From: Trichoplax adhaerens
Lineage: Eukaryota > Animalia > Placozoa
Length of the DNA stretch: 64,000 bases
Direction: 5' to 3'
NCBI RefSeq assembly: GCF_000150275.1
Contig: NW_002060948.1
Location: 2,044,918-2,108,917, forward strand
Position 1 is the first letter of the stretch. Every line of letters starts with the position of its first letter. The notes under the pieces were generated by a model that was given only the letters and a program-made list of their open reading frames with translations, ran no database searches and was not told the origin of the DNA. The position numbers and the translations under genes are program-made. This document shows positions 62,401 to 64,000 of this stretch, piece after piece.

Positions 62401-63771
62401 CCTGTAAAGGTACAAAATGAAGTGTGAATGAGTGATCGTAAAGGGTTCATGACGTCAATATTCAACAATAGTGACAAGATTCTTAATGATATTATCGAAT
62501 ATTGCTATGTGTTGATTGTTGATTATTCGTCTCCTTTTTACGTTCAACTCGTATACATCCTGTACTGCTTTATAACATTACTGAGCCCGTCTATCGACAC
62601 ACTTATGAGTGGAAATTTTGGGGATCGCAACTAATACGCACGAAGAAGCAGAGGTCAACTAGACCATACCGAATCAACCTTTAATTTTATGTGGTAAAAA
62701 ATATTATCTATTAGCTATTACTGAAATATCATCTTGTTATGGTAAATTGCGACATCGTCCAGTATACGATAAAATTTTTCAACATAGAGTTGATACACAC
62801 GAAGAAGTAGTGGTCTACTAGAACATACCGAATCAACCTTTAATTTTATGTGGTCAAAAATATCTACTAGCTATTACTGAAATATCATCTTGTTCTAGTA
62901 AATTCGACATCGCCCAATATACGATAAACTTTTCAACATAGAGTTGATAGCAGACGATCACTTTAGACGCTTAACTAATATTATCATTATTGTTCACTCT
63001 CAAGAGCTATTTATGTGTCCTATTAAAGTGTGTAACTATGACTGAAGGTTTTTTAGTTTAGTCACATTCAATTTTTAATTATTTGATTAAAAGTACGTTC
63101 AAAATATTTTTAATATGGTATGTAACCAAACCTCAGTATTCAAGAATATGATTATAAAATTATTGAACTACGGCTTTAACAAAGGTAGAAATACTTTGTT
63201 GTAATTCTTCCATTAGTTAGATATTGATTCTGTAACAATAACATCAATCATTTAATCGATGTTAAAATTCATCCTAGCTAAGTTTTATCATGCTTGCGAT
63301 CGTTTTCTAGAGCTGGGATAAATATAAGAAGATGGATCTGTCTTCCTCATCGCCCCTATCAACTAATCATTTGGCATTGTCTCATTTTGACGATTGTAAT
63401 CGTCAAAATGAGTCAATACCAAATGATATACTAGTATCAGAAAAGACTGATTGTGGTGCAGTTCACTGCACTTATGCTCATACTTTATCAGATTCCGATG
63501 AAGACGTTGTAATAGATGATTTGGATAATTGTGATCAAAAAGATAGCCTGGATAGTATTACGATATCTCCACCGAATGTATCACTTACTGAAATATGTCA
63601 AAAATTGGCGGCACGTCTATCAAATGTTGATAGTTCCGGTTCCATGTATACTGACGCATATGAAGATGAAATAGTTAAGGAATCCCCATTGAATTCTGGT
63701 ATTGGAATGAAATTAGAAGATAGGATGATACTCCCAAAAGCTGATGTCGTCCTACACAGCGATAAGGAAAG
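59477..63771 (+). CDS. 5' part of an unidentified gene (exons 59477-59659 and 63311-63771), continuing beyond the window
   Basis: AAAACT ATG G start; exon ends AAG|gtacat (phase 0); ttttctag acceptor at 63310 opens in phase 0 (…SPAPK-SWDKYKKMDLSS…); a 461-nt open acidic Ser-rich exon ends AG|gtaatc. No domain recognised. Confidence 0.55.
59848..60275. repeat. 138-bp tandem repeat, ~3 near-identical copies (intronic)
   Basis: GAGGAACTGCAGCATTTGAAGATT at 59861, 59999 and 60137. Confidence 0.95.
60553..60935. repeat. Tandem duplication, ~196 bp x2
   Basis: TTTACAAT.AGTTTCGACATTACTC at 60553 and 60749. Confidence 0.92.
61524..61761. repeat. Tandem duplication, 118 bp x2
   Basis: ATGTAAATTATTTTA at 61524 and 61642; both units end CAGTAGTATGCAGTACTAT. 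Confidence 0.92.
62635..62949. repeat. Tandem duplication, ~159 bp x2
   Basis: CACGAAGAAG and CATACCGAATCAACCTTTAATTTTATGTGGT are repeated; both units end TTTTCAACATAGAGTTGATA. Confidence 0.92.
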
Positions 63772-64000
63772 GTAATCTTGATATACTTTGCTTGATAGAT
63801 TTAGTTATCTTATGACTTACACACTCACCTACAATGAAGTCTTATTTATTGCATGTACGCCACATTTAGTAGTGAAATAGTTTGTAATACAATTTGTAAG
63901 TTTCAGTCACTCGACTTAGCGGAGTATGTTACAAAGGAGCTAACCTTTGACAACTCCAATCACTTGCGCGTACTATATGTTTCTAAATAAGCTAAGAGCT

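Overview
Eukaryotic, AT-rich (roughly one third GC by eye), gene-dense animal DNA with many short GT-AG introns. The overall style (compact introns, metazoan housekeeping genes, a divergent class A GPCR, pervasive TACTGTACAGTA motifs) suggests a placozoan such as Trichoplax; this is inference, not a database result. Reconstructed spliced genes, left to right: possible 5' end of an unidentified minus-strand gene, WASHC1 (+), THADA (-), UTP25/DIEXF (+), a 3-exon MED9-like gene absent from the ORF track (-), GTPBP2 (+), CREG (+, intronless), PP1 catalytic subunit (-), a rhodopsin-like GPCR (+), OPA3 (+), RAD51 (-), and the 5' part of an unidentified gene running off the right edge (+). Most notable: an AT-AC minor-spliceosome intron in UTP25 with a deviant 5' splice site; dense clusters of a palindromic ACTGTACAGT-type motif at gene 5' ends, including an orphan cluster inside PP1 intron 1 upstream of a candidate alternative first exon; CLEAR/M-box-like sites upstream of the two endolysosomal genes; and a hotspot of 118-218 bp tandem duplications at 55.8-63 kb. 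No tRNA, rRNA, CRISPR or transposase was recognised. Coordinates were read by eye and may be off by a few bases.
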